This document shows positions 39,340-49,473 of a DNA stretch of 64,000 nucleotides, piece after piece. Where the stretch lies: positions 1,828,859 through 1,892,858 of the forward strand of contig OZ242326.1 in the NCBI GenBank assembly GCA_965208325.1. The letters run 5' to 3'. The DNA comes from Candidatus Poribacteria bacterium. GTDB taxonomy: Bacteria > Poribacteria > WGA-4E > PCPOR2b. Below the pieces are notes generated by a model. That model was not told the origin of the DNA. It saw nothing but the letters and a program-made list of their open reading frames with translations, and ran no database searches. The position numbers were made by a program, and so were the translations under genes. Positions within the stretch are counted from its first letter, which is position 1; every line of letters starts with the position of its first letter.

Positions 39340-40545
39340 TTATTGAACTTTCCGCGAGATAGCATGGCGTTTCATCTTCTTTTTATAAACCGGAGATATG
39401 GCACGCATTTGCTCGACAATGGCGGGCACTTTTTCGACGACTTCCTCGATTTCGCCCTGGGTGTTATCTTTACCGAGCGAGAATCGAACTGTGCCCTGCG
39501 CCAACTGCGGCGAGATACCGAGCGCCGCCAGCACATGCGACGGTTCCATCGATCCAGAGGTACAGGCGGAACCGGTCGACACACAGATGCCTTCCATATC
39601 CAACCTCAGAATCAGGCTCTCCCCTTCGACGAATTCAAACGAAATGTTTAGGGTTCCCGGCAGGCAGTATTCCGGATGACTGTTCTCGTAGATATTAGTT
39701 AGGCGTTCATGGAGCCCAGTGCGCAGCTTGTTAGTTAGCCGGTTGAGATGTTGGCTATAGGATTCGCGGTGTTTTTTCGCCAATGCGGCGGCTGCGCCCA
39801 TACCGACGATTGCGGGGACATTTTCTGAGCCTGCGCGGCGGTTGCGCTCATGCGTCCCGCCGTGAATGAGGTTTTCCAAACGGGTGCCGCGCCGAGTATA
39901 TAAGGCGCCGATGCCTTTGGGACCGTAAAATTTGTGCGCGGAGAGGGTGAGCAGGTTCACGCCTAACTCTTGGACATTGAGCGGAAGTTTGCCAACGGAC
40001 TGTACGGCGTCGGTGTGAACGGGGATGCCGTGCGACCCAGCGATTTCGCAAACGTCTTCAATCGGTTGAATTGTTCCGTTTTCATTGTTCGCATGCATAA
40101 TCGAAACCAAAATTGTGGTGTCACGGATTGCCTCGGAGAGATTCTCGATTTGAATTCGCCCGTACCGGTCAACCGGCAGGTAGGACACTTCAAACCCGTG
40201 CTTTTCAAGGTGTTGACACGTATGGAGCACGGCGTGATGTTCAACTGAGGAGGTGATAATGTGGTTTTTGCCGTACCGATGTTTTTGGAACTCGGCGACG
40301 CCTTTGACGGCGTAGTTGTCCGCTTCGGTGCCGCAACTGGTGAAAACGATTTCGCTCGGACTTTTTGCACCAATTAAATCCGCGACGTGTTCACGCGCGG
40401 TATCGATTGCGTTGCGCGCCTCGCGCCCATAAGCGTGGATGCTTGAGCCGTTCCCGAAGTGCTCCATCATGTAGGGCATCATGGCTTCCCGCACTTCAGA
40501 ATGGAGCGGGGTTGTTGCATTATGGTCTAAGTAGATGCGTTGCAT
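39340..40545 (-). CDS. iscS: Cysteine desulfurase (IscS/NifS group I)
   Basis: YLDHNATT, SAHKFYGPKG, STGSACTSG. Confidence 0.93.
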   Translation of the reverse strand: MQRIYLDHNATTPLHSEVREAMMPYMMEHFGNGSSIHAYGREARNAIDTAREHVADLIGAKSPSEIVFTSCGTEADNYAVKGVAEFQKHRYGKNHIITSSVEHHAVLHTCQHLEKHGFEVSYLPVDRYGRIQIENLSEAIRDTTILVSIMHANNENGTIQPIEDVCEIAGSHGIPVHTDAVQSVGKLPLNVQELGVNLLTLSAHKFYGPKGIGALYTRRGTRLENLIHGGTHERNRRAGSENVPAIVGMGAAAALAKKHRESYSQHLNRLTNKLRTGLHERLTNIYENSHPEYCLPGTLNISFEFVEGESLILRLDMEGICVSTGSACTSGSMEPSHVLAALGISPQLAQGTVRFSLGKDNTQGEIEEVVEKVPAIVEQMRAISPVYKKKMKRHAISRKVQ

Positions 40546-40878
40546 GAATTTTCCTTGAAAACCAGTTTCCGGTACAATTTTCGCCGCGAATCGCCGTTTT
40601 TTTCATCAAAAGAGACACGTAAAACACCCTAAGCGGACATTTACAAGCATGTGATTAAAGTGCGCGAAAACCGCGCGTGCATATCGTAGCTAATGGCGAT
40701 CTAAGCCAGTGCCAGCGCAGGTTTGCCGGATAAGTGTACATACCGCAGCGAGCGCTTAAAAATGTTAATTTTGGCACAAAATTTCCTAAAAAAGCGGACA
40801 GCCAGCGTGATTTTTTGATTTCAGTTAATTTTGCCAGCGGCGTGTAAAAAAGCTTTCCCCTTCACACCCGACTGTCAT

Positions 40879-42699
40879 TTAATCGGATCGAGCGGTTATT
40901 TGATCTTGGACGAGGGCGATGAACTGCTGCACGGGCATGTCATTTTGACGAGAGCCGTCGCGTTTTCGAAGCGAAACGGTGCCGCCGTCGACTTCCCGGT
41001 CCCCGACTACGAGCATGTAAGGCACTTTCATCAACTGGGCTTGGCGAATCTTCGCATTCATGCGTTCGCTACTCAAATCCGCCTTCGCACGGAGACCTGC
41101 GTCATTTAACTGTTCGGCCAACTTTTGTGCGTAGCCGTTATGATTGTCGTTGATTGGAATCACGCGAGCGTGCTCCGGAGAAAGCCAGACCGGGAATCGG
41201 CCAGCATAATGTTCGATTAAGAAACCGATAAAACGTTCGTGGGTACCGAGCGGCGCGCGGTGGAGGCAGATTGGTACTTCAGGATTCCCTTCACTGTTTA
41301 TAAAACGCAAACCAAAGCGTTCAGGTTGGGCGAAATCGACCTGATTGGTAGCAAGCGTGAATTCGCGGCCGATGGTGCTCCAGATTTGTACGTCAATCTT
41401 GGGACCGTAGAAGGCGGCTTCATCGGTGACCTCGACAAAGGGCACCTCGCCGTTTTTCATGGCGTTTCGCACCATTTCCTCGGTTTTCAGCCACATCCGT
41501 TCATTATCGACATATTTTTTGCCGAGACCGCTTTTGTGGTGTGTGCTGAACCGCATAATATATTTTTCGATGCCGAACAGCCGAAAATATTCGAGGTAGA
41601 GGTCAACGACCCGCAGAAATTCATCTTCAAACTGTTCTTCCGAGCAATAGATGTGGGCATCGTTCATCTGCATGGATCGGACGCGCATCAGACCGAAGAG
41701 TTCGCCGCTTTTTTCAAAGCGATAGCAGGTGCCGTATTCGGCGAGCCGAAGCGGCAGATTGCGATAGCTGCGGGGGCTGCTGGCGAAGATTTTGTGGTGG
41801 AAAGGGCAGTTCATGGGTTTAACGAAATAACGGACTCCTTCCAACTCCATTGGTGGATACATGCTCTCCGTGTAGTGCGCCAAGTGACCGCTGCGCTCAA
41901 AAAGCGCATCCTTTGCCAAGTGAGGGGTGCGGACGCGGTCGTAACCGGCTCTGAGTTCAAATTCTTTTGCGAGTTTTTCCAGTTCTTCGATAATGATTCC
42001 GCCGTTCGGCAACCACAGCGGCAGACCGGGACCTACCTCTTCATCGAAAATGAAAATCTCCAATTCCTTTCCGAGTTTGCGGTGGTCGCGCTTTTTAGCT
42101 TCTTCAAGCCGTTGCAGGTGCTGTTTAAGTTCTTCTTTTGTGCGCCAAGCCGTCCCATAGATGCGTTGAAGCATGGGTTTATTCTCGTCGCCGCGCCAGT
42201 ATGCGCCGGCAGTGTTTAACAGCTTGAAGGCGTCGGGGCGGATGTGTTTTGTATCTTCGACGTGGGGGCCTCGGCAGAGATCTTCGAAGGTATCATGACG
42301 GTATGTGCTAATGACGGGAACATCCTCGGTTGCGGCGCCGTATTCATCCGTACCGCCCTGTACGAGTCCGTCAATTAACTCTAACTTATAGGGTTCGTTC
42401 TTGAACAGTGTTCGCGCCTCATCAACGCTGACTTCGCGATAGGTGAATCTGTGGTTGCCCGCGATGATTTGCCGCATACGTTTTTCGATTTTTTTTAGGC
42501 TTTCGGTTGAAAATGCAACCGGATTGCCGTCGTCGTCCGTTCCCAAATCGAAGTCGTAGTAAAATCCGTTTTCAATGGGAGGTCCAATTGCGAGTTTAGC
42601 GTTCGGGTAGAACTCGGTTACGGCTTGGGCCATAACATGGGCGGCGCTATGCCGGGTTTTATAAAGTATGTCCTGCTCGAGCTCATCTGATTTTAACAT
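40879..42699 (-). CDS. thrS: Threonine--tRNA ligase (no N-terminal TGS domain)
   Basis: RHSAAHVMAQA, DLCRGPH, KPMNCP, AAFYGPK; ATG 42699 with AGGA. Confidence 0.96.
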   Translation of the reverse strand: MLKSDELEQDILYKTRHSAAHVMAQAVTEFYPNAKLAIGPPIENGFYYDFDLGTDDDGNPVAFSTESLKKIEKRMRQIIAGNHRFTYREVSVDEARTLFKNEPYKLELIDGLVQGGTDEYGAATEDVPVISTYRHDTFEDLCRGPHVEDTKHIRPDAFKLLNTAGAYWRGDENKPMLQRIYGTAWRTKEELKQHLQRLEEAKKRDHRKLGKELEIFIFDEEVGPGLPLWLPNGGIIIEELEKLAKEFELRAGYDRVRTPHLAKDALFERSGHLAHYTESMYPPMELEGVRYFVKPMNCPFHHKIFASSPRSYRNLPLRLAEYGTCYRFEKSGELFGLMRVRSMQMNDAHIYCSEEQFEDEFLRVVDLYLEYFRLFGIEKYIMRFSTHHKSGLGKKYVDNERMWLKTEEMVRNAMKNGEVPFVEVTDEAAFYGPKIDVQIWSTIGREFTLATNQVDFAQPERFGLRFINSEGNPEVPICLHRAPLGTHERFIGFLIEHYAGRFPVWLSPEHARVIPINDNHNGYAQKLAEQLNDAGLRAKADLSSERMNAKIRQAQLMKVPYMLVVGDREVDGGTVSLRKRDGSRQNDMPVQQFIALVQDQITARSD

Positions 42700-42825
42700 T
42701 ATTTTTCCTACGGGAACGGCGTGTTGTTTTAAGAACGTGATTGAAAAAAATGATGGTGAATTGACGTTTTTATATGCCAGCCGCGCGCGGGGAGAGATGA
42801 TCCGCATACAAGCTGGCGTGGACTA

Positions 42826-44233
42826 TTACCTGTCGCCCCGCTGGGGCTTTTGATGTGGGTAAATCGAATTTTCTATATACCTTTCGCCCCTCCGGGGCTT
42901 TCGGTTATGGCTAATAGTGCGGCGATGAGGGCAACCACAAGGGTTGCCCTTACAGAAAATGAATCCGATGTAAGGGATGGCGCTATAACCGTTGGATCTT
43001 CTAGTGCACGGGATTTGCTATCGCCTTGGTTTTTAGATCGGTTTGCCCTATTCAGTGGCTAGATTCCACGAAATACCTCACTCCAGCGTTGAGCGCGGCA
43101 AGATGCCGCGCCTACGGGGGGCGGTGGCACACGCGCGGCAAGATGCCGCGCCTACGGGGGGCGGTGGCACACGCGCGGCAAGATGCCGCGCCTACGGAGG
43201 ATGGTGAGGTACGATACGCTATATACCTTTCGCCCCACCGGGGCTTTCGGTTATGGCTAATAGTGCGGCGATGAGGGCAACCACAAGGGTTACCCCTACA
43301 GGGAATGAATCCGATGTAAGGGCTGGCGCTATAACCGTTGGATCTTCTAGTGCACGGGATTTGCTATCGCCTTGGTTTTTAGATCGGTTTGTCCTATTCT
43401 GTGGCTAGATTCCACGAAATACCTCACTCCAGCGTTCAGCGCGGCAAGATGCCGCGCCTACGGGGGGCGGGGGCACACGCGCGGCAAGATGCCGCGCCTA
43501 CGGGGGGCGGGGGCACACGCGCGGCAAGATGCCGCGCCTACGGAGGATGGTGAGGTACGATACGCTATACACCTGTCGCCCCGCCGGGGCTTTGGGTTAT
43601 GGCTAAAAGTGCGACGATGAGGGCAACCACAAGGGTTACCCCTACAGAAAATGAATCCGATGTAAGGGCTGGCGCTATAACCGTTGGATCTTCTAGTGCA
43701 CGGGATTTGCTATCGCCTTGGTTTTTAGATCGGTTTGTCCTATTCTGTGGCTAGATTCCACGAAATACCTCACTCCAGCGTTCAGCGCGGCAAGATGCCG
43801 CGCCTACGGGGGGCGGTGGCGCACGCGGGGCAAGATGCCGCGCCTACGGAGGATGGTGAGGTACGATACGCTATACACCTGTCGCCCCGCCGGGGCTTTG
43901 GCTTATGGTTAATAGTACGACGATGAGGGCAACCACAAGGGTTACCCCTACAGAAAATGAATCCGATGTAAGGGATGGCGCTATAACCGTTGGATCTTCT
44001 AGTGCACGGGATTTGCTATCGCCTTGGTTTTTAGATCGGTTTGTCCTATGCAGTGGCTAGATTCCACGAAATACGTCACTCCAGCGTTCAGCGCGGCAAG
44101 ATGCCGCGCCTACGGGGGGCGGTGGCGCACACGGGGCAAGATGCCCCGAATACAAGGCGGCGTGCCTCACGCGGGGATAGTCAACCCCCATAAAAGGCGG
44201 CGCGGCGCACTCGGGGCAAGATGTCCCGCCTAC
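42826..44233. repeat. Tandem composite REP array: units of 346, 346 and 306 bp plus a degenerate fourth
   Basis: Units start near 42905, 43251, 43597, 43903; each has three palindrome classes and a constant ~140-bp core. Confidence 0.95.
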
Positions 44234-45189
44234 AAGGCACCGCCGGGGTTAAGTTCTATTTCCAGTCGATCTAAGCAATATTCCCAGTATTTGACGGCGT
44301 ATTTTTGAACTTCCTCGGGTTGTCCCAAGCTATTGAGATAGTGTCCAATCCATGCAAGCAATTTACCGCGCATTTCCTTCTTGACGGCATGAACCTCCGG
44401 ATCATAAGCGATATCGTCAAAAGTGTCCCAGTCTTCAGGTGTGAGTTGAAAATCAATCTCACGATACAAAATTAAGTTTACCATCAATGCCTGCGTAATT
44501 TGCCGAGGCAGGTCGTCACTAATTTGGAAGAGCAAATCGGGTGCTAAAACCTTTTCCTGCGGAAGCGCTTGGAAATAGCACAGTCGAAGGTCGAAATTGT
44601 CCAACTGCCGATTGGCGACCGCGATTTCCTCAAGGTTTGTTATGGGATGCGGCATCGAAATGTGATCCAGCACGACTTGGGCAGCGTCAATGACCAGCTT
44701 CCGCCCAGAAATAGATTCCAGAAATTCGCGTTCCCAATCGTTGAAAACGGGGATTTCTTTCGGAGCGATATTCAGCGGCATGGGCTGCTCCAGAACCCTG
44801 AGTATTGCGGCTTCAAGCGTGTTTTGGGCACGCGCCACCAGCCCATCAACGAGCGTATTTCCGATTTGAAAAAATTTTATTGTGCGATTCTTATTCAGCA
44901 AAAGGACGGATTTTTCCAAATCGCCCTTGCTGCCGTACTCCAGCCCTATGCTTGTTAGCGCGAATGCCTCCTGAATATGTTTTCGAATGGCTGTAGACGA
45001 TGCGAAATCCTCTGCTTTAATCGTAATCAGCTTGTGAGAGAGTACCGCGGTATCCTCGTGGATTTCGTCTATTCTCTCAGGTGTTATTTCACCAGTCTTC
45101 TGCCCGATTGCGAGTGTTTGCGCGAAAAACAGTCGATTGTCATATTGAATCAGGGCATCGGTTTCAGGTATTTTTATGTTCTTCGTCAT
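44230..45189 (-). CDS. Hypothetical protein resembling the DUF6178 C-terminal region
   Basis: TSIGLEY..GDLEKS..L...KFFQIG; overlaps upstream gene. Confidence 0.6.
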   Translation of the reverse strand: MTKNIKIPETDALIQYDNRLFFAQTLAIGQKTGEITPERIDEIHEDTAVLSHKLITIKAEDFASSTAIRKHIQEAFALTSIGLEYGSKGDLEKSVLLLNKNRTIKFFQIGNTLVDGLVARAQNTLEAAILRVLEQPMPLNIAPKEIPVFNDWEREFLESISGRKLVIDAAQVVLDHISMPHPITNLEEIAVANRQLDNFDLRLCYFQALPQEKVLAPDLLFQISDDLPRQITQALMVNLILYREIDFQLTPEDWDTFDDIAYDPEVHAVKKEMRGKLLAWIGHYLNSLGQPEEVQKYAVKYWEYCLDRLEIELNPGGAL

Positions 45190-46018
45190 CTTCTATACTA
45201 GATTTCTCAGATGTTTCGTCCGAATTGCCGCCTTCAAGATTCAGATTATCGAGATCGACCTTTTCAAAAACTTCCTCCTCCGTAATATGGATGCCGGCCG
45301 CGGTATCGCGCGCTTGAACACGTTCGTCGCGCTGCTCCTTAACTTGGTCAAGGACTCGATCGGGTTCTAGACCTAATTTTTCTCGATCTGCCGTCCGCGC
45401 CTCCAGCGTAAAGATTTCATTCAAAAGACTTGTGAACAGATCTTCATCCGCTTCCCAAATTGCTGTTACGATGTCTCTTGTCCGCTCATCGGCATACACG
45501 ATTTCTTTTGATGTGGGATCGATTAGACCTGCTTCAATAAACAGGGCTTTGTAGCTAGTTTTAACTTTAACCCGATCGTGCAGCATGTTGGCAATTAACC
45601 TGACATCCACGCGAGCGAGCAAATATCCGAGTTCATCCCGGTCACATTCCGACAATTCATAAAGCCAGAGGTTGAGTGATTTATCATCGAGTTTGCCGTT
45701 CCGCCATAATGTCAAATCCATTAGTTCTTCAAACTGTTCTGGCGAGAGGCATTGTAACATAATCGATGCCAATCCCGTGCCGATTGTCCTGTCCAATATT
45801 TGCAGCACATCTTGTGTTGGGGAATTTTGGACAAGTTCGGTACAATCTTCCGCGAGGTAATACAGTTCTTCCCGATCCCGGGCGTTCCGCGTGGACGAGA
45901 TAATTTCTAGCTGCTGCCCTGTTGAATAGCTTTGAAACAGCGCCTCCGCCGCCTGCGTGGGCATTGCCAACAGTTTTTCGGCTTCTTGCGATGAATCAAC
46001 GAGTTTGTTTTGGGTCAC
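45164..46018 (-). CDS. DUF6178-like protein (N-terminal region)
   Basis: SPEQFEELMDLTLWRNGKLD...WL; GGAG RBS before GTG 46018. Confidence 0.65.
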   Translation of the reverse strand: MTQNKLVDSSQEAEKLLAMPTQAAEALFQSYSTGQQLEIISSTRNARDREELYYLAEDCTELVQNSPTQDVLQILDRTIGTGLASIMLQCLSPEQFEELMDLTLWRNGKLDDKSLNLWLYELSECDRDELGYLLARVDVRLIANMLHDRVKVKTSYKALFIEAGLIDPTSKEIVYADERTRDIVTAIWEADEDLFTSLLNEIFTLEARTADREKLGLEPDRVLDQVKEQRDERVQARDTAAGIHITEEEVFEKVDLDNLNLEGGNSDETSEKSSIEDDEEHKNT

Positions 46019-46103
46019 GTAGTTCTCCCTATGGCATGCAGAAAAAAACGCGCACATTTACAAATGCGATTCGGACATCGCTCATACAGCAAAAACGCGA
46101 TAA

Positions 46104-46184
46104 ATTCTAACTTGTAAAGCGCGCAATGTCAAGGTATGATTCACGGCGATTTGTGTTGACCGGCAAAAATGCGCATGATAAAAT
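46104..46184. promoter_or_regulatory. Divergent sigma70 promoters
   Basis: Minus TTGACA-17-TAGAAT (46132-46104); plus TTGACC-17-TAAAAT (46156-46184). Confidence 0.7.
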
Positions 46185-46283
46185 CGAACGCCAAAATATT
46201 ATGTAGCCGTATGATGTGCAAAGCTAATATTCACCACGGCGCACTTCTATTCCGCGAGATAAAATGACGCTGGAAAATCTTCC

Positions 46284-46823
46284 ATGACACGGTATCAGAA
46301 TCAGTCAATGTCCGAACTAAATTTTTATCTCTTGGAAACAGAAAATCTGCCCGACGGCATAGAAGTGCTGCAACATAAACGTTTTCACCAATCAGACTAT
46401 CAACTAGATTTGCGTGTGGTGAGTACGAGCCACGCCCTATCAATCAGCACGCCGTTTGCCGCAATAACCGAGATAGTGGCGTGTTCAACGATTGACAACA
46501 TGCAAAGGGCTATGGTTTGTGGTAAACGGCTGCATGAATCCGGCGGCGAGGTGTTTAGCTGCACGAATTTGCGGTATACGATTGATTGGGAGATACAACG
46601 GTACACACCCGGCGATTTTTTGCAGCGGTGCCGGCAGTTAAATTCGCAGAAGAAGGCGGGGATTTACTATGAATTTCCACGGGAATCAGCCGGTTTTGAA
46701 GTCCCTGCCATAACGCTCATCGAGTGTGACTGCCAAGAGAAGCGCATTTGGGCGCAAACCTGCCATACTTATCCGAACGAATTCGGGGTGGTTACGACGC
46801 AAACACAGATTGAAATGACATGA
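46284..46823 (+). CDS. DUF2617-like protein
   Basis: STSH, YEFP...PAIT, TCHTYP; ATGA-coupled to speE. Confidence 0.65.
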   Translation: MTRYQNQSMSELNFYLLETENLPDGIEVLQHKRFHQSDYQLDLRVVSTSHALSISTPFAAITEIVACSTIDNMQRAMVCGKRLHESGGEVFSCTNLRYTIDWEIQRYTPGDFLQRCRQLNSQKKAGIYYEFPRESAGFEVPAITLIECDCQEKRIWAQTCHTYPNEFGVVTTQTQIEMT

Positions 46824-48364
46824 ACACCAACCCTTCCGATCCGAACCTTCAATCTGTGAAGTCTCGAAGCGTTATCCTGTTGCTTTCTACCTCAATCATC
46901 GCCATTTGCGCGCTTGTTTATGAGTTAGGCATCGGGAGCTTATCGTCCTACCTGCGCGGCAACAGTGTCTACCAGTTTTCGATTACCATCGGGCTGTTCA
47001 TGACGGCCTTAGGCATTGGATCCTACCTCTCCAAATACTTTACCCAACGACTCATGACGGCGTTTATTTCGGTTGAGTTGGCAATCGGATTCATCGGCGG
47101 TTTTTCGTGTCCGCTTCTCTTTGCGGCGTACAGCTTTAAACTTTTCTACGCGCCGATGATGTGGGGTTTGATTATACTGATTGGCACTCTCACGGGGCTG
47201 GAACTTCCGCTATTGACACGAATTTTCCGCGAATACACGCCGCTGCGGATTGCACTAGCGAACGTCTTGACCTTTGACTACTTGGGCGGATTGATTGGCG
47301 CCCTAGCTTTCCCGTTGCTGCTGCTGCCGGTGGTCGGTATTTTTGATATTTCTATGGTAATGGGGTTGGCTAATCTTGCCGTTGTGTTCGTCAACCTAGT
47401 TTTGTTTCGACGTGAAATCCGACATCTGAAGTTAATCTGGTTTATAAGCGTATTGACGGCGATCGGGTTAGCGGCCGGGTTGATAGTCAGCAATCCAGTC
47501 GGCGGTTATCTTGAGCAGCGCATCTATGCGGATAAAATCATCCTATCGAAAGCGTCCAAATATCAGCGGATTGTGCTAACACGTTGGAGAGATGATATCC
47601 GCCTTTTCATCAACGGACGGCTGCAATTCAGCGCGATGGACGAACACCGCTATCATGAAGCCCTTGTTCATCCTGCGGCTTCGCTTATTTCGCCGCGGTC
47701 AGAGATACTTGTACTCGGCGGCGGCGACGGGCTTGCGGTACGAGAGATTTTGAAATACAGCGATGTGAATGCTGTAACGGTGGTTGACATTGATCCGATG
47801 ATTACGAATCTGGCGCGCACGGACAGTATATTCCGCCAACTGAACCGGGATGCCCTCCACAATCCGAAGGTGCAGGTGATAAACCGGGATGCCAAGCAGT
47901 TTCTTCAGACGACGGATAAGCGGTACAACCTTATTGTCATCGATTTGCCGGATCCGGATGATGAAGGGTTGGTATCGCTTTACTCAAGGGAGTTCTACGA
48001 ACTTGTGAAACGCCGACTTACTCGAGACGGGTTGGCTGTCACGCAGAGTTCTTCGCCTTTCTTCGCGCGGCAAGCGTTTTGGTGTATACATCAGACGATT
48101 GAATCGGCGGGGTTGCATGCGATTCCTTACCATGTCTATGTACCAAGTTTTGGCGAGTGGGGATTCAATATGTTCGCTGCATGGCGTCCGAATCCGGACG
48201 AAATCAGCATAACGGTACCGACGCGATTTCTCTCGGAGGCATCAATTGCCGCCGTGTTTACGTTTGACAAAGACATGCAGGAGATCGAGACGAAAATTAA
48301 TACACTCTTGGCGCCGATTTTGATGCGCTATCACCGGTCAGGCTGGAAATCTTGGGGGCTGTGA
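46820..48364 (+). CDS. speE: Membrane-bound polyamine aminopropyltransferase (spermidine synthase-like)
   Basis: Multi-TM N-terminus; LQFS.MDEHRYHEALVH, LGGGDGLA, DLPDP, VPSFGEWGF. Confidence 0.9.
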   Translation: MNTNPSDPNLQSVKSRSVILLLSTSIIAICALVYELGIGSLSSYLRGNSVYQFSITIGLFMTALGIGSYLSKYFTQRLMTAFISVELAIGFIGGFSCPLLFAAYSFKLFYAPMMWGLIILIGTLTGLELPLLTRIFREYTPLRIALANVLTFDYLGGLIGALAFPLLLLPVVGIFDISMVMGLANLAVVFVNLVLFRREIRHLKLIWFISVLTAIGLAAGLIVSNPVGGYLEQRIYADKIILSKASKYQRIVLTRWRDDIRLFINGRLQFSAMDEHRYHEALVHPAASLISPRSEILVLGGGDGLAVREILKYSDVNAVTVVDIDPMITNLARTDSIFRQLNRDALHNPKVQVINRDAKQFLQTTDKRYNLIVIDLPDPDDEGLVSLYSREFYELVKRRLTRDGLAVTQSSSPFFARQAFWCIHQTIESAGLHAIPYHVYVPSFGEWGFNMFAAWRPNPDEISITVPTRFLSEASIAAVFTFDKDMQEIETKINTLLAPILMRYHRSGWKSWGL

Positions 48365-48476
48365 TAATGAGTGACAGCGGCGTTATGCGGGGTTGTGAAT
48401 GGGGTAATCGCGGTATGGCTTCGCCCTAAACTTTAAGGTTTCGATTCCGTCATAATCAGTATTGGGTTGACCTGAG

Positions 48477-49322
48477 CGATAAGGGCAACCACAAGGGGTG
48501 CGCCTACAGAAAATGAATCCGATGTAAGGGATGGCGCTATAACCGTTGGATCTTCTAGTGCACGGGATTTGCTATCGCCTTGGTTATTAGATCGGTTTGT
48601 CCTATTCAGTTGAGCGCGGCAAGATGCCGCGCCTACGGAGGATGGTGGCATACGCGCGGAAAGATGCCGCGCCTACGGAGGATGGTGGCATACGCGCGGA
48701 AAGATGCCGCGCCTACGGGGGTGGCGGCACACACGCGGCAAGATGCCGCGCCTACGGAGGATGGTGGCATACGCGCGGAAAGATGCCGCGCCTACGGGGG
48801 ATGGCGGCACACGCGCCGCAAGATGCCGCGCCTACGGGGGATGGTGGCATACGCGCGGAAAGATGCCGCGCCTACGGGGGGGCGGTGGCACACGCGCGGA
48901 AAGATGCCGCGCCTACGGGGGAGGCGGCACACGCGCGGAAAGATGCCGCGCCTACGGAGGTGGCGGCACACGCGCGGCAAGATGCCGCGCCTACGGGGGT
49001 GGCGGCACACGCGCGGCAAGATGCCGCGCCTACGGGGGGCGGTGGCACACGCGCGGCAAGATGCCGCACCTACGGGGGGCGGTGGCATACGCGCGGAAAG
49101 ATGCCGCGCCTACGGGGGTGGCGGCACACACGCGGCAAGATGCCGCGCCTACGGGGGATGGTGGCATACGCGCGGCAAGATGCCGCGCCTACGGGGGTGG
49201 CGGCACACGCGAGGCAAGATGCCGCGCCTACGGAGGGCGGTGGCACACGCGCGGCAAGATGCCGCGCCTACGGAGGAGGTGAGGTACGATACGCTATACA
49301 CCTGTCGCCCCTCCGGGGCTTA
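48477..49322. repeat. Composite REP element with 17 tandem 39-41-bp GTAG-REP subunits
   Basis: GCGCGG(C/A)AAGATGCCGCGCCTAC copies start from 48614 to 49249; same flanks as the 42.9-kb units. Confidence 0.95.
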
Positions 49323-49473
49323 ATGATTTCGAGTTTCTATGATATCTATATACACGGGAAAATAATTTTTGAAGTTATGATCGAAGATCCCCGCAGGGGT
49401 TTTGCTAAAGACTACCGGTGTTGAAAAATGTGAAATTTCAAACAGGTTCGTAATAAATATTCAGGAGGTGAGA

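Noticed and set aside
40771-40790. Sigma54 promoter TGGCAC-N5-TTCC
   Set aside because: The -12 GC is missing and the orientation is antisense to the flanking genes
41239-42219. 326-aa plus-strand ORF
   Set aside because: Antisense shadow of thrS; the same applies to other long shadows over czcA, hsdM and hsdR
42700-42830. T-box leader for thrS
   Set aside because: No T-box consensus or terminator recognised
42850-44308. ORFs inside the composite repeats (also 48580-49424)
   Set aside because: Translations of palindromic repeats that are open in several frames; no protein signal
48614-49271. CRISPR array
   Set aside because: Linkers are 16-18 bp and near-identical; the repeat is a GTAG REP palindrome; no cas genes
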